From Methanomicrobia archaeon (GTDB lineage Archaea; Halobacteriota; Bog-38; Methanoflorentales; Methanoflorentaceae), in NCBI GenBank assembly GCA_015661395.1, contig JACWML010000007.1:29194-93193 (forward strand): 64,000 nucleotides of DNA, read 5' to 3'. Below are positions 36,780 through 45,625 of this stretch, one piece after another. Position 1 is the first letter of the stretch. Each line of letters begins with the position of its first letter. Under the pieces are notes generated by a model that did not search any database, was not told the DNA's origin, and worked only from the letters and a program-made list of their open reading frames with translations. A program made the position numbers and the translations under genes.

Positions 36780-36786
36780 TTTTTTT
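36780..36786 (+). terminator. Oligo-T tract (T7) after a GC-rich segment; candidate archaeal terminator for the CMD-family gene
   Basis: ggccgcgccTTTTTTTat sits 37 nt downstream of the stop at 36743, between convergent genes. Confidence 0.4.
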
Positions 36787-36875
36787 ATATCCCAAGAAGA
36801 GCGAAACGAAGCGGCGATGCGCATAGCCACTTGACGGATCATGTGAAGAACTTGACAGCCGGCGAATCAAAAATA

Positions 36876-36950
36876 TGCTCCGGTTGGGATTTGAACCCAA
36901 GTCGAGGGAGTGAGAGTCCCTCATGATTGGCCGGACTACACTACCGGAGC
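36876..36950 (-). tRNA. tRNA-Glu (anticodon CTC), no encoded CCA
   Basis: Minus strand: GCTCCGGTAGTGTAGTCCGGCCAATCATGAGGGACTCTCACTCCCTCGACTTGGGTTCAAATCCCAACCGGAGCA. Acceptor stem GCTCCGG/CCGGAGC. Anticodon stem AGGGA/TCCCT with loop CTCTCAC. T arm TTGGG-TTCAAAT-CCCAA. Confidence 0.9.
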
Positions 36951-37070
36951 CAGACTTCTACTATAGCACACGGGCTCTTAAACTTTGCTCGCAGCGGAGC
37001 GGTCATCAAATCGTCCGGCCGACCTGCAAATCGAACGCACCTGCGCGACGCGCGCCGGGTGTTACCGCCC

Positions 37071-37832
37071 TCAAAGTAGCACCACGTCGTTGAGGAAGGC
37101 ATACTCCTTTCTGACTTGGTTAACCACCGCAACGTCAATTGCCGCGGTGATGATAGCTTCAGCGTTACCCGCGGCGGCAAGCGTCTCTCCCCACGGGTCG
37201 GTAATCATGCTGCCGCCGACAAAAGTCGTCGTCGGCACCGGCGTGCCCACTTGATTGCAGCCGATGAAGTAACACTGGTTTTCGATAGCTCGTGCTCTGT
37301 TTAGCGCGATCCAATGTTCAAGGCGCGGGGAGGGCCATGCGGCAGGACAGACGATAATTTCAGCCCCCTGCTTGACCATGGCCCGATAGAGCTCAGGAAA
37401 ACGCAGGTCATAACAGATCGAAAGGCCGATGACACCAAGCTCGGTCGGCGTAACGACAACTTCCGTTCCTGCCATCAATGAGCGTTTCTCTTTGGAACGA
37501 TAGGAGAACAGATGAATCTTGCGGTACCGTGCGCAGATCGTGCCGCGTCTATCGATGAGCACGCTCGTGTTGTACATCCGCCCGTGCTCGTCCACCTCCA
37601 GCATGCTTCCCATGACGATGTAGCTGCCCTTTTCGCGGGCGAGCCGCGCAAAGACCTCGGTTGTGGGCCCTGGAATGGGCTCTCCGGCCTTAAAATCGCG
37701 GCAGTTGGTGAACAGCTCTGGAAGTACGATGAGGTCAGCATCCGTTTCGTCGATTAACTCGACCGCGTGATCGACGTTTCCCGATCGCGTGCCGAGCGCA
37801 CCCATCTGAATACACGCCGCCTTGTACGTCAT
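37071..37832 (-). CDS. Carbon-nitrogen hydrolase (nitrilase superfamily) protein
   Basis: LIVLPELF (catalytic Glu), YRKIHLF (Lys) and GLSICYDLRFPELY (Cys) form the catalytic triad context. Start at MTYKAACIQ (ATG 37832). Confidence 0.85.
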   Translation of the reverse strand: MTYKAACIQMGALGTRSGNVDHAVELIDETDADLIVLPELFTNCRDFKAGEPIPGPTTEVFARLAREKGSYIVMGSMLEVDEHGRMYNTSVLIDRRGTICARYRKIHLFSYRSKEKRSLMAGTEVVVTPTELGVIGLSICYDLRFPELYRAMVKQGAEIIVCPAAWPSPRLEHWIALNRARAIENQCYFIGCNQVGTPVPTTTFVGGSMITDPWGETLAAAGNAEAIITAAIDVAVVNQVRKEYAFLNDVVLL

Positions 37833-37995
37833 GTGATCCGCCACTCGCGTCCGACAGTTCGCCACGTGCCTCATAGTCTTCGAGGCATATAGCCTTAAGG
37901 GCGAGACGTTCCCTGAGCGTTCGCGACGACCGATCGACCGCCTGAGGATGCGCGCGCAGGAAGATATTTCTATACTCAGTCGGAACTAGAGGTAA

Positions 37996-38874
37996 ATGAA
38001 GCGGGAGCAGATTCTCATCGAAGCGTTGCCCTACATTCGTGAGTTTTACGGATCGTTCGTCGTCATCAAGATTGGCGGCCACGCGATGATCGACAAGCGT
38101 CTCATGGAGGGCATCATCGAAGATATCGTGCTTTTGCGGTATGTCGGCATGCAGCCGGTACTCGTCCACGGCGGCGGACCCGAGATCAGCGAGAAGATGG
38201 AGCGGATGGGTAAAAAACCTGAATTCGCCGCTGGCTTACGCGTCACCGACGAAGAGACGCTAGAGATCGCCCGCATGGTCCTCATGGGCAACATCAACAC
38301 GCGCCTCGTCGCGCTTATCGGAAAGCACGGCGGCAAAGGCGTCGGGTTGTCCGGGAAGGACGGACGCATGATCGTCGCGCGGAAAAAGGGCCCTCAGCGG
38401 GTGGTCTACGAAGGTATCGAGCATGAGGTCGATCTCGGCTGGGTCGGTGAAACAGAAGTCATCAACCCAGAGATCCTAATGATCATGGCCGGGAAAAGCT
38501 ATATTCCCGTGGTTGCCCCCATTGCGGTCGATAACGCGTGCCATAGTCTCAATCTCAACGCGGACACCGTCGCCGGAGATATTGCGGCAGCGCTTATGGC
38601 CCGCAAGCTCATCGCGCTGACCGACGTCAGCGGCATTCAACGCGACCAGAGCGATCCCGAAACGGTCATCTCGCGCATGACGTTCGCAGAAGCGCAGCGC
38701 GCGATTGAGACGGGGAGCATCAGCGGCGGAATGATTCCCAAAGTGCACGCGTGCATCAAGGCCCTCGAAGCGGGGGTGCAAAACGCGCACATCATCAACG
38801 GCAACTTCCATCACGCACTCCTGCTCGAGCTGTTCACGGACAAAGGCATCGGAACGATGATGGTAAGGAGGTAA
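37996..38874 (+). CDS. argB: Acetylglutamate kinase (amino-acid kinase family; ArgB/LysZ type)
   Basis: [78 protein letters not shown]. Confidence 0.88.
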   Translation: MKREQILIEALPYIREFYGSFVVIKIGGHAMIDKRLMEGIIEDIVLLRYVGMQPVLVHGGGPEISEKMERMGKKPEFAAGLRVTDEETLEIARMVLMGNINTRLVALIGKHGGKGVGLSGKDGRMIVARKKGPQRVVYEGIEHEVDLGWVGETEVINPEILMIMAGKSYIPVVAPIAVDNACHSLNLNADTVAGDIAAALMARKLIALTDVSGIQRDQSDPETVISRMTFAEAQRAIETGSISGGMIPKVHACIKALEAGVQNAHIINGNFHHALLLELFTDKGIGTMMVRR

Positions 38875-38920
38875 GCCTAGCGACCACCGCATCGGCTGGC
38901 TGGCGCGCTGGGAACGTCAC

Positions 38921-40144
38921 ATGAGAACGATTCGCGAAGTAGAGTTGCAGGGACACATTATTGACTCACTCACGCTAACGCGGGTGCTCGACAAGATTAT
39001 GGATCTTGACGGTGAGTTCGAGATCATCACCTTCACGATCGGTGAGCACAAGAGCGACCCGAGCTACGTCAGGCTGGCGGTCAAGGGACGCGACGAGGCA
39101 CATCTTGACGCTATCATGAGCGACCTTCACCGCCTCGGAGCCCAGGTTCCCGAGATCGAAGACGTCCGTTTAGGAGCCGCCGACAAAGACAAAGCTGTCC
39201 CGAAAGGGTTCTATTCGACGACGAATCACCCCACTTTTGTTCATCACCGCGGCGCTTGGATTCCCGTAGAGGATATCGAGATGGACTGCACGATCGTCGT
39301 TCGCGATGACCGGGCGCGGTGCACGCCGCTCCACCAAGTGGTGAAAGGGGACCAGATCGTGGTCGGCCAGCGCGGTGTCCGTGTTGTTCCCCCTGAGCGA
39401 CCGCGTACTCGCTCCCTTTTTGAGTTTATGGGCGGCGCCGTGTCCTCTGAGCGTCCTTCAGCGACGCTTATACGCCAAATCGCCGTCGAAATGGTGCACG
39501 CTAAGGTGCAAGGCAAGAAGATCGCAGTCGTTGCCGGGCCGGCGGTATCACACACCGGCGCTGCCGAGGCGCTGGCGAGCATCATCCGCCGTGGTTACGT
39601 GGATGCCCTTCTCGCCGGCAATGCGCTCGCGGTTCACGACATCGAGCGTGACCTGTACGGAACATCGCTCGGCCTCGACATCAAGACAGCCGAACTGGTC
39701 AGCGAGGGACACAAGCACCACCTTTACGCCATCAGTGAGGTGATCCGCGCCGGGTCGATTACAGCAGCGGTGCGCCAGGGGCTCGTCAAAAGTGGCGTTA
39801 TGTACGAAAGCGTCGTCAATAACGTGCCGTTCGTGCTGGCTGGGTCCATCCGCGATGACGGCCCGTTGCCCGAAGTCATCACAGATACGATGGCGGCTCA
39901 GGATGCCATGCGGGAGCTTCTCAAAGACGCTGACCTGGTGCTTATGATGGCCACCATGCTGCACTCCATCGCCGTTGGGAACATGCTCCCCTCGTACGTC
40001 AAAACGATTTGCGTCGACATTAATCCGGCCACCGTGACAAAGCTCATCGACCGCGGGACGGCGCAGGCTATCGGGATCGTCACGGACGTGGGAACCTTTT
40101 TGCCCGCGCTTGCAGCGGAGCTCGACACGATCGATGTGGAGTAA
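38921..40144 (+). CDS. TIGR00300-like protein (LOR/SDH conserved N-domain plus Rossmann-like C-domain); candidate archaeal-type ornithine cyclodeaminase
   Basis: 407 aa. The N-terminus [35 protein letters not shown] and overall length fit my recollection of the TIGR00300 family. The function is inferred from family reports and from argB adjacency. Confidence 0.6.
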   Translation: MRTIREVELQGHIIDSLTLTRVLDKIMDLDGEFEIITFTIGEHKSDPSYVRLAVKGRDEAHLDAIMSDLHRLGAQVPEIEDVRLGAADKDKAVPKGFYSTTNHPTFVHHRGAWIPVEDIEMDCTIVVRDDRARCTPLHQVVKGDQIVVGQRGVRVVPPERPRTRSLFEFMGGAVSSERPSATLIRQIAVEMVHAKVQGKKIAVVAGPAVSHTGAAEALASIIRRGYVDALLAGNALAVHDIERDLYGTSLGLDIKTAELVSEGHKHHLYAISEVIRAGSITAAVRQGLVKSGVMYESVVNNVPFVLAGSIRDDGPLPEVITDTMAAQDAMRELLKDADLVLMMATMLHSIAVGNMLPSYVKTICVDINPATVTKLIDRGTAQAIGIVTDVGTFLPALAAELDTIDVE

Positions 40145-40315
40145 CGAAGTTTCGAATGTGCGCCCTATCGAGCGCGGCACCGCATCAGCCGTTGTCGGTA
40201 ATGACCGGCGAGGCCGTCCTACCAAACGGGTTGTTTGCAGCGCCAATGAGAGAAGGTAAAGATAGCGATTCTGCAAGTGCTCCATATACTTGAGCCACTC
40301 AACGATAAGCCCGCT

Positions 40316-40540
40316 TTATGCTCTTTTTGAATCGGTGGCCAAGTGTCTGTAGTCGGCATCAGGCAAGTGCGCCAGCTCGGTTCTGTACGCGAGCTCCTCT
40401 GCTGAGTAAAAAACTGCCCACAGCTGTTGTAAAAAGGATTCGTACTCGAACGAATTAGGATTCCCCAAAAGATCGAGCAGAAATTCTCGCTTTGACACAA
40501 GGAAATCGCGAAGATGATTCTCCCTAAAGCTGGGGCCCAT
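40316..40540 (-). CDS. Small hypothetical protein (about 74 aa), doubtful
   Basis: The ORF overlaps the 3' end of the GT2 gene by 17 nt (65 nt if it starts at 40588). Helical-looking sequence (FLLDLLGNPNSFEYESFLQQLWAVFYSAEELAY). Could be a remnant. Confidence 0.3.
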   Translation of the reverse strand: MGPSFRENHLRDFLVSKREFLLDLLGNPNSFEYESFLQQLWAVFYSAEELAYRTELAHLPDADYRHLATDSKRA

Positions 40541-41534
40541 AATTGAGCAGAAAAATTCTATTTGCAAGCCGCACGCCAGCTCGTTCAATGCGATTAGTGG
40601 TCAGCTGATCGTTGGGTATGGTTCGACTGAAATGCTTGAACAGGTTCTTTTTGTCGCCGCGAAGCCGGGGCACGTCGCCGAAAAGGCCCTCGCGCGTGGC
40701 GCGTAGCTTACACACAACCCCCCGAAAGCCTAGCTTGGCAGCAAAGCTGAAACTGAGCACCTCAGACACGACGAGCGAAGGCACGAATCTTAGCGCATCG
40801 CCGGTCGACAGGTATTTTCTGAGGAAGACGTAACGTCCCTTCTCCAGCAGAAAAAACTTCTCCGGAGAGACATCGAGTTGGTAATCGTGTCGAATGATTG
40901 ATGTAGGTACGTAGAGCGATTCAAATCCCGCCAGATACGCTTTGCACGTAAAATCAAGATCATCGTGATAGAGGAAGATGGCCTCATCAAAGCCGCCGAG
41001 TTGTAGAAACTCGTCTCGGCGCACGGCGAAGCAGCACCCAGAAACATAGCTGACTGGCTCCGAAACGGAGCACGCGTCTTTGTCTGCCCCATACCCTCTC
41101 GTGAATGCGAGGCCGGTGAAATGCAAGATGTTTCCGCAGTTGCCGATTCTGGAACCGTCGTAGATCAAAATCTTAGGGGTGGTTAACAACCTTCGGCGCC
41201 CGATAAGAGGCTGTATGAGCGCCTCTAACCAGCCCTCCTCGGCGAGCGTATCGGGATTCAAGATAACGACAAAATCACCCTTGGCACGAGCTACGCCCTG
41301 ATTGTTCGCACGGCCCCACCCATAGTTTTTGTCGTTTTTGAGCAATTGCACCGACGGGAATCGTTCCTTAAGGATTCGAACCGTATCATCACTTGAATCG
41401 TTGTCAACGACGATGATCTCGAGCGCGTAGGCTGCACGGCCACGCCGCGCGTAGATAGAATTAAGGCACGCTTCGACGTAGTCCGCGCTGTTGTACGTCA
41501 CGATAACAATACTCACGAGAAACTCATCGGCCAT
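40524..41534 (-). CDS. Family-2 glycosyltransferase
   Basis: VSIVIVTYNSADYVEACLNSI...IIVVDNDSSDDT...NYGWGRANNQG...DFVVILNPD. DxD-type GT-A fold. Confidence 0.88.
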   Translation of the reverse strand: MADEFLVSIVIVTYNSADYVEACLNSIYARRGRAAYALEIIVVDNDSSDDTVRILKERFPSVQLLKNDKNYGWGRANNQGVARAKGDFVVILNPDTLAEEGWLEALIQPLIGRRRLLTTPKILIYDGSRIGNCGNILHFTGLAFTRGYGADKDACSVSEPVSYVSGCCFAVRRDEFLQLGGFDEAIFLYHDDLDFTCKAYLAGFESLYVPTSIIRHDYQLDVSPEKFFLLEKGRYVFLRKYLSTGDALRFVPSLVVSEVLSFSFAAKLGFRGVVCKLRATREGLFGDVPRLRGDKKNLFKHFSRTIPNDQLTTNRIERAGVRLANRIFLLNYGPQL

Positions 41535-41651
41535 TCTTACGACACGTTACAAAGGAAATCAGCCACGGTCTGCCACCGAAATCTCACGACTAGGGCTTGA
41601 GCGCAGCCGCACATGCTTCTTTTCCTCCCAGCCAGCGCGTTCAGCGGTCGC

Positions 41652-42623
41652 TCACCTTATGGCCCGCGCGTTGATATCCTGGACGGACCACAGCAAGAGT
41701 CCGGCAAGCACCCCAAAAAGACCTATGCCGACACAGAAGAGCCATCCCAGCATATAGATGGTGATCAAGTTGTTGGTGCGATTGAACACGTCAAGAGCAC
41801 GAAGAAACAGGAGTGCCCCTGCGGCCAAGAAGAAAAGCCCGGGAACGCCGAAGAAGAGGATTGGGTGTTTTTGCGCGACCAAGCGAACGATCGAGTTGAT
41901 GACGTCGAGTCCGTGGCGCACGGGGCCCTTGCTGGAATCGCGAATACCGTCATAACGGGTCACAATTCCCGCTTCTCTGATTTTAAGATTGCTATCGGCT
42001 GCCCTGATGAGGATCTCAGAACTCACACCCATACCATTCTGGTTCACGTCGATCGCGTGAAGCGCCTTTCGCGAATATGCGCGAAACCCGCTTTGCGAAT
42101 CGGTCAACCTCAGCCCTGAGCTCAGCATTGTTGCGTGATCGAGTACCTTCATCCCAAATTTCCGGTAGCGAGGAATCGTCCGATTTTTCACCCCGCGCGC
42201 AAAGCGTGAACCAATCACAATATCGGCGCCGCTTTCTCGCATCTCGTCGATAAGCTGCGGGATGTCATCGGGATTGTGTTGTCCGTCGCCGTCGAGCGTC
42301 ACGAGCACGTCGACGTCGCAGTCTCGCGCTATCTCAAAACAATCGCGTATGGCACTGCCGTACCCCTCATTCGTGACATGCCGGAAGACCTCGGCGCCGA
42401 CCAGCTCAGCCACGTCTGCGGTACTATCATCAGAGCCGTCGTCGACCACGACGACTCGGTCGGCGTAGCGCCGTGCGCGGGCGACAACACTGCCTATGGT
42501 GAGCTCTTCATTGTACGCAGGGATCGCCACCATGCTGCCGCGTACGCTGGTCGCCAGCATCGCAGCACCGGTCGCACGATTGGCAGGCTGCTTCGCGTCG
42601 TCGAAGTCGTTTTGAAAGGGCAT
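41652..42623 (-). CDS. Family-2 glycosyltransferase, dolichyl-phosphate hexose synthase-like (GT-A domain plus two C-terminal TM helices)
   Basis: VAIPAYNEELTIGSVV...VVVVDDGSDDST...NEGYGSAIR...TLDGDGQHNPDDIP..., then HPILFFGVPGLFFLAAGALLF and LGWLFCVGIGLFGVLAGLLLW. Start taken at MPFQNDFDD (ATG 42623). Confidence 0.85.
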   Translation of the reverse strand: MPFQNDFDDAKQPANRATGAAMLATSVRGSMVAIPAYNEELTIGSVVARARRYADRVVVVDDGSDDSTADVAELVGAEVFRHVTNEGYGSAIRDCFEIARDCDVDVLVTLDGDGQHNPDDIPQLIDEMRESGADIVIGSRFARGVKNRTIPRYRKFGMKVLDHATMLSSGLRLTDSQSGFRAYSRKALHAIDVNQNGMGVSSEILIRAADSNLKIREAGIVTRYDGIRDSSKGPVRHGLDVINSIVRLVAQKHPILFFGVPGLFFLAAGALLFLRALDVFNRTNNLITIYMLGWLFCVGIGLFGVLAGLLLWSVQDINARAIR

Positions 42624-42791
42624 CCTTGTGCTTCGTGCGACGTGCAGGGCCGCACACTCTCCCATTTTCTTTGGGTGCGCTCTGTTATAAATAGATACAT
42701 GACCTGACGCTGCTCTGCTTGTCGCCTTTGCGCAACGAAAAGAGACTGCGGCCTCAGTCCGGATGCGCCAGTTGCTCCGACACCTCGCGAA
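42594..42791. repeat. Direct repeat copy A (198 bp): promoter region, 5' UTR and first 10 codons of the GT2 gene
   Basis: Aligns base by base with 45291-45489, with 7 substitutions and 1 indel by hand. Contains a TATA-like TATTTATAA (minus strand, 42685-42693). Confidence 0.9.
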
Positions 42792-42801
42792 GTGCCGTTC
42801 A

Positions 42802-43092
42802 TCACGTAAGTTTCAAAGATGCCAATAAAGGGATCAAGCACAGAGCGAGGGTGGATGGCAATACAACCGCCCGGAGTTCAAACAAGTCAGCACCTGAAAA
42901 GGCCTGGTCTCTGACGATTGCTGCCAAACAGAGCATATCCACTACGGCGCTTAGCGTTCCCAATAAAAAAGGGAAGCTATCGGTCGCATCTACGGAGGTA
43001 TGGATAAGCTTGATTACTTAAGAGTCCGCCAAAAATCAGCGTTGCGATACTCAAGCCGACGGCGTATAGAGGTGTGACCACAGAACCGAGGT
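42802..43092 (-). pseudogene. Remnant of a membrane protein C-terminus (flippase/polymerase-like), frameshifted
   Basis: Hand translation of the minus strand gives ...LGSVVTPLYAVGLSIATLIFGGLLSNQAYPYL..* in one frame. It continues in another frame as SFPFLLGTLSAVVDMLCLAAIVRDQAFSGADLFELRAVVLPSTLALCLIPLLASLKLT* (stop at 42802-42804). No start codon and no N-terminal part. Confidence 0.3.
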
Positions 43093-43152
43093 TGTACAAC
43101 TTCAGGACCCGCAATAACGCTCAACTATTTAGGATCTGGAAGTTTCTTTCCG

Positions 43153-43398
43153 TCAGCGGCCTCTGATCCAATCCCACAGAGTGCGCGTACATATCTTGCA
43201 AATATCTAATGTGTAGACTGCACTCTCTATCTCGTGTCTTATTTTTACAAACTCAGATTTCGACCAAATGTCTTGGAGAGATTCGTAGCATAGGTTGCCA
43301 AAAACGACTTGGCCACGATAGTTATTACAGCAGATACGTACGTCGCCATGGGAGTTGATCGCGACTGGGTTATCCGCAATAAACACCTTGGTGGCCAC
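43153..43398 (-). pseudogene. Orphan C-terminal SPASM-domain fragment of a radical SAM enzyme
   Basis: ...VAINSHGDVRICCNNYRGQVVFGNLCYESLQDIWSKSEFVKIRHEI.....CKIC is the typical end of a SPASM domain. The reading frame opens just after a TAA 15 nt upstream of the putative GTG, so the radical SAM core is absent. Confidence 0.55.
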
Positions 43399-43492
43399 GG
43401 TGCCAGCTTGTTGACTTTAACCAAACCGCCGCGACAAGTACTGTCTTTTTCGGTTCCCAGTTATTCGTCGTCTACGGGTGGCGCAGCATACG

Positions 43493-44695
43493 TCACCTGT
43501 TTTGCACTTCGTGAAAGATCGCATCGATCTTGTCGGTTACGCGTGCCCAAGAATGGTGCTTCGCCACAAATTCGCGCGCCTGGTGCCCGATTCGTTGCCG
43601 TTTGGCCTTGTCCTGCAACAGTCCTTCTACGTGATCGACAAATTCGACGGGACTGTCCGCGATACAAAGATGGTCGCCGTGTGTGGCGTTAATCCCTCGT
43701 ACACCGATTGATGTGGTGACCACAGGCTTTCCCATGGCCATCGCCTCCAAGACCTTGTTTTTTATTCCCATTCCCGATACGAAAGGAGCAATTACAACTG
43801 AAGCACGGGCAACATACGGACGCACGTCCTCTACGAATCCCGTCACGCAAATTGACGGGTCCTTGGCGAGGGCGCGAATGGCAGGAGGCGGATTTTGACC
43901 GACCACGAATAGCTTCAGGTTTGGAAATCGCCGCTTGAGCGTGTCGTAAACCTGAGAATGAAAATACTTTATAGCATCGACGTTTGGAGGACTGGACATG
44001 TAGCCTACGAAGACCAATGAAGGCCATTCCTCGCTAAGTTCCAGCGGTTTGAAGAAGGCTGTATCGACCCCATTAGGAACGACTGTGCACTTTGCTTCGG
44101 GGCACAGCATTTTCATTGCGTGATATTCCTTGTCGTTGACGACAATGCTTGCATCAAACGCAGCAAGGAGCTTTTTCTCTGCCGATCTAGTAGCGAGATA
44201 CGTGCAGAACCAATAAAGCTTGTCCATAGACCTGCGCGCTCTCAGGTACTCACGGTAGAACTCGGCAGACCTGCAATCGAATGCGTGCATCACTTTGGGG
44301 GTGCTAAATCGCCACGCGTAGAACGCGACCGGTTCGCTCGCATAAACGATGTCGTACTCGTCGTCACGAGCGTCTTGTATCAATGACGCCATCGCTGGCA
44401 CGTACGCGGTCGTAAAGAAATACCGATAGTCCGAAAAGAGTTTTCGCGGGGCACAGCTATCGCGAGCAACAGAAAGAAGTTTACTACTGTGCGATTGAGG
44501 GTGCCAGCGTACTGGATCGATTTGTGAACAGTATCGTTCCAGTTCCGGATAAGATCTCGGCGCGGCGAGATCATCGTTGAGATACAAAAGCCGAATGGTG
44601 TGCCTTCTGCTTAAGTGCTTTAAAACGTTGAATGCCGGTAAGGCCGTTCCGCTGTACGGTGATGGACGCTCTTCCCATATCATTAGGATGTTCAT
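43493..44695 (-). CDS. Family-4 (GT-B) glycosyltransferase
   Basis: 400 aa. C-terminal Glycos_transf_1 motifs: LVFVGYM...FVEDVRPYVARASVVIAPFVSGMGIKNKVLEAMAMGKPVVTTSIG. Confidence 0.88.
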   Translation of the reverse strand: MNILMIWEERPSPYSGTALPAFNVLKHLSRRHTIRLLYLNDDLAAPRSYPELERYCSQIDPVRWHPQSHSSKLLSVARDSCAPRKLFSDYRYFFTTAYVPAMASLIQDARDDEYDIVYASEPVAFYAWRFSTPKVMHAFDCRSAEFYREYLRARRSMDKLYWFCTYLATRSAEKKLLAAFDASIVVNDKEYHAMKMLCPEAKCTVVPNGVDTAFFKPLELSEEWPSLVFVGYMSSPPNVDAIKYFHSQVYDTLKRRFPNLKLFVVGQNPPPAIRALAKDPSICVTGFVEDVRPYVARASVVIAPFVSGMGIKNKVLEAMAMGKPVVTTSIGVRGINATHGDHLCIADSPVEFVDHVEGLLQDKAKRQRIGHQAREFVAKHHSWARVTDKIDAIFHEVQNR

Positions 44696-45290
44696 TGCTG
44701 ACTCTAGTCACAACGTATTGGTCACAGTGTGCGGACTGTGTAAGAACTATTTCTCGTCACCAAGTGGAGCAGCGATGGTAACTCGCCGTACACAACCTTC
44801 GACACACATTGACTATAAAGCTGTTCCACTTGCGATGCAACCGTGTATCTTGACATATCGCTTGCCAGCCCTTACCATTCGCGCGTTCCGCTGGGCATTT
44901 TCCAGCGTCGCCTTCACAGTTCGACATAAGTCTGTTAAACAGCCACATTGGGCCTCTTCATCGCTTCGTGCTGGTTCTAGAGCACCAATGACGGATCAGA
45001 GCGCTTTGCAAGAGACCGAAAGCGGCAATGGGATGCGTTATCCCTTTCCACTTGTGAATGCAACCCAAAAAGAGAATTATCATGCCTCGTATGTCTTGGC
45101 TAATCTCGAAACGCGGCATGCGCGCATGTTTTCTGTTATTTGTAGCAGACTGTGTGTTTTAGCCTACTCGCTTGTGTTTAAGAGGTTTGCGTACCCCCTC
45201 ATAATTGTCGACTACTTCGTCAAAAGTCCCGATTCGGTCACTAAGCGGACCCACTTTTGGATTGTGATCCTTCATGTTGATTATTAGCGC

Positions 45291-45489
45291 CGCGTCGTCG
45301 AAGTCGTTTTTAAAGGGCATCCTTGTGCTTCGTGCGACGTGCAGGGCCGCACGCGCTCCTATTTTCTTTGGGTGCGCTCTGTTATAAGTAGATACATGAC
45401 CTGAAGCTGCTCTGCTTGTCGCCTTTGCGCAACGAAAAGAGACTGCGGCCTCAATCCGGATGCGCCAGTTAGCTCCGACACCTCGCGAA
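45291..45489. repeat. Direct repeat copy B (199 bp) of the GT2 promoter/5' region
   Basis: See copy A. Here the duplicated ATG (45320, minus strand) opens only a 54-codon ORF: MPFKNDFDDAALIINMKDHNPKVGPLSDRIGTFDEVVDNYEGVRKPLKHKRVG*. Confidence 0.9.
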
Positions 45490-45625
45490 CGCTAACGTTG
45501 CCTCCACGTTCCTCGAATGGGAAGAAGCGCGTTCTTCGGATCGCTGCTTGCGCCCGAATTCCGCGGGATGCCGAGACATCCTCAGGACCGACGAAGGACG
45601 CTAGGTGCGAGCACGTGCCCCCTCG

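Noticed and set aside
39548-40285. 245-aa minus-strand ORF opposite the TIGR00300-like gene, and 37735-38169 opposite argB.
   Set aside because: They are antisense to well-supported genes and have a non-protein-like composition.
44577-45287. 236-aa plus-strand ORF spanning the GT4 5' end and the ORF-poor stretch.
   Set aside because: It overlaps the GT4 start on the opposite strand and its sequence is low in complexity with no motifs. The region is better explained as degraded minus-strand genes.
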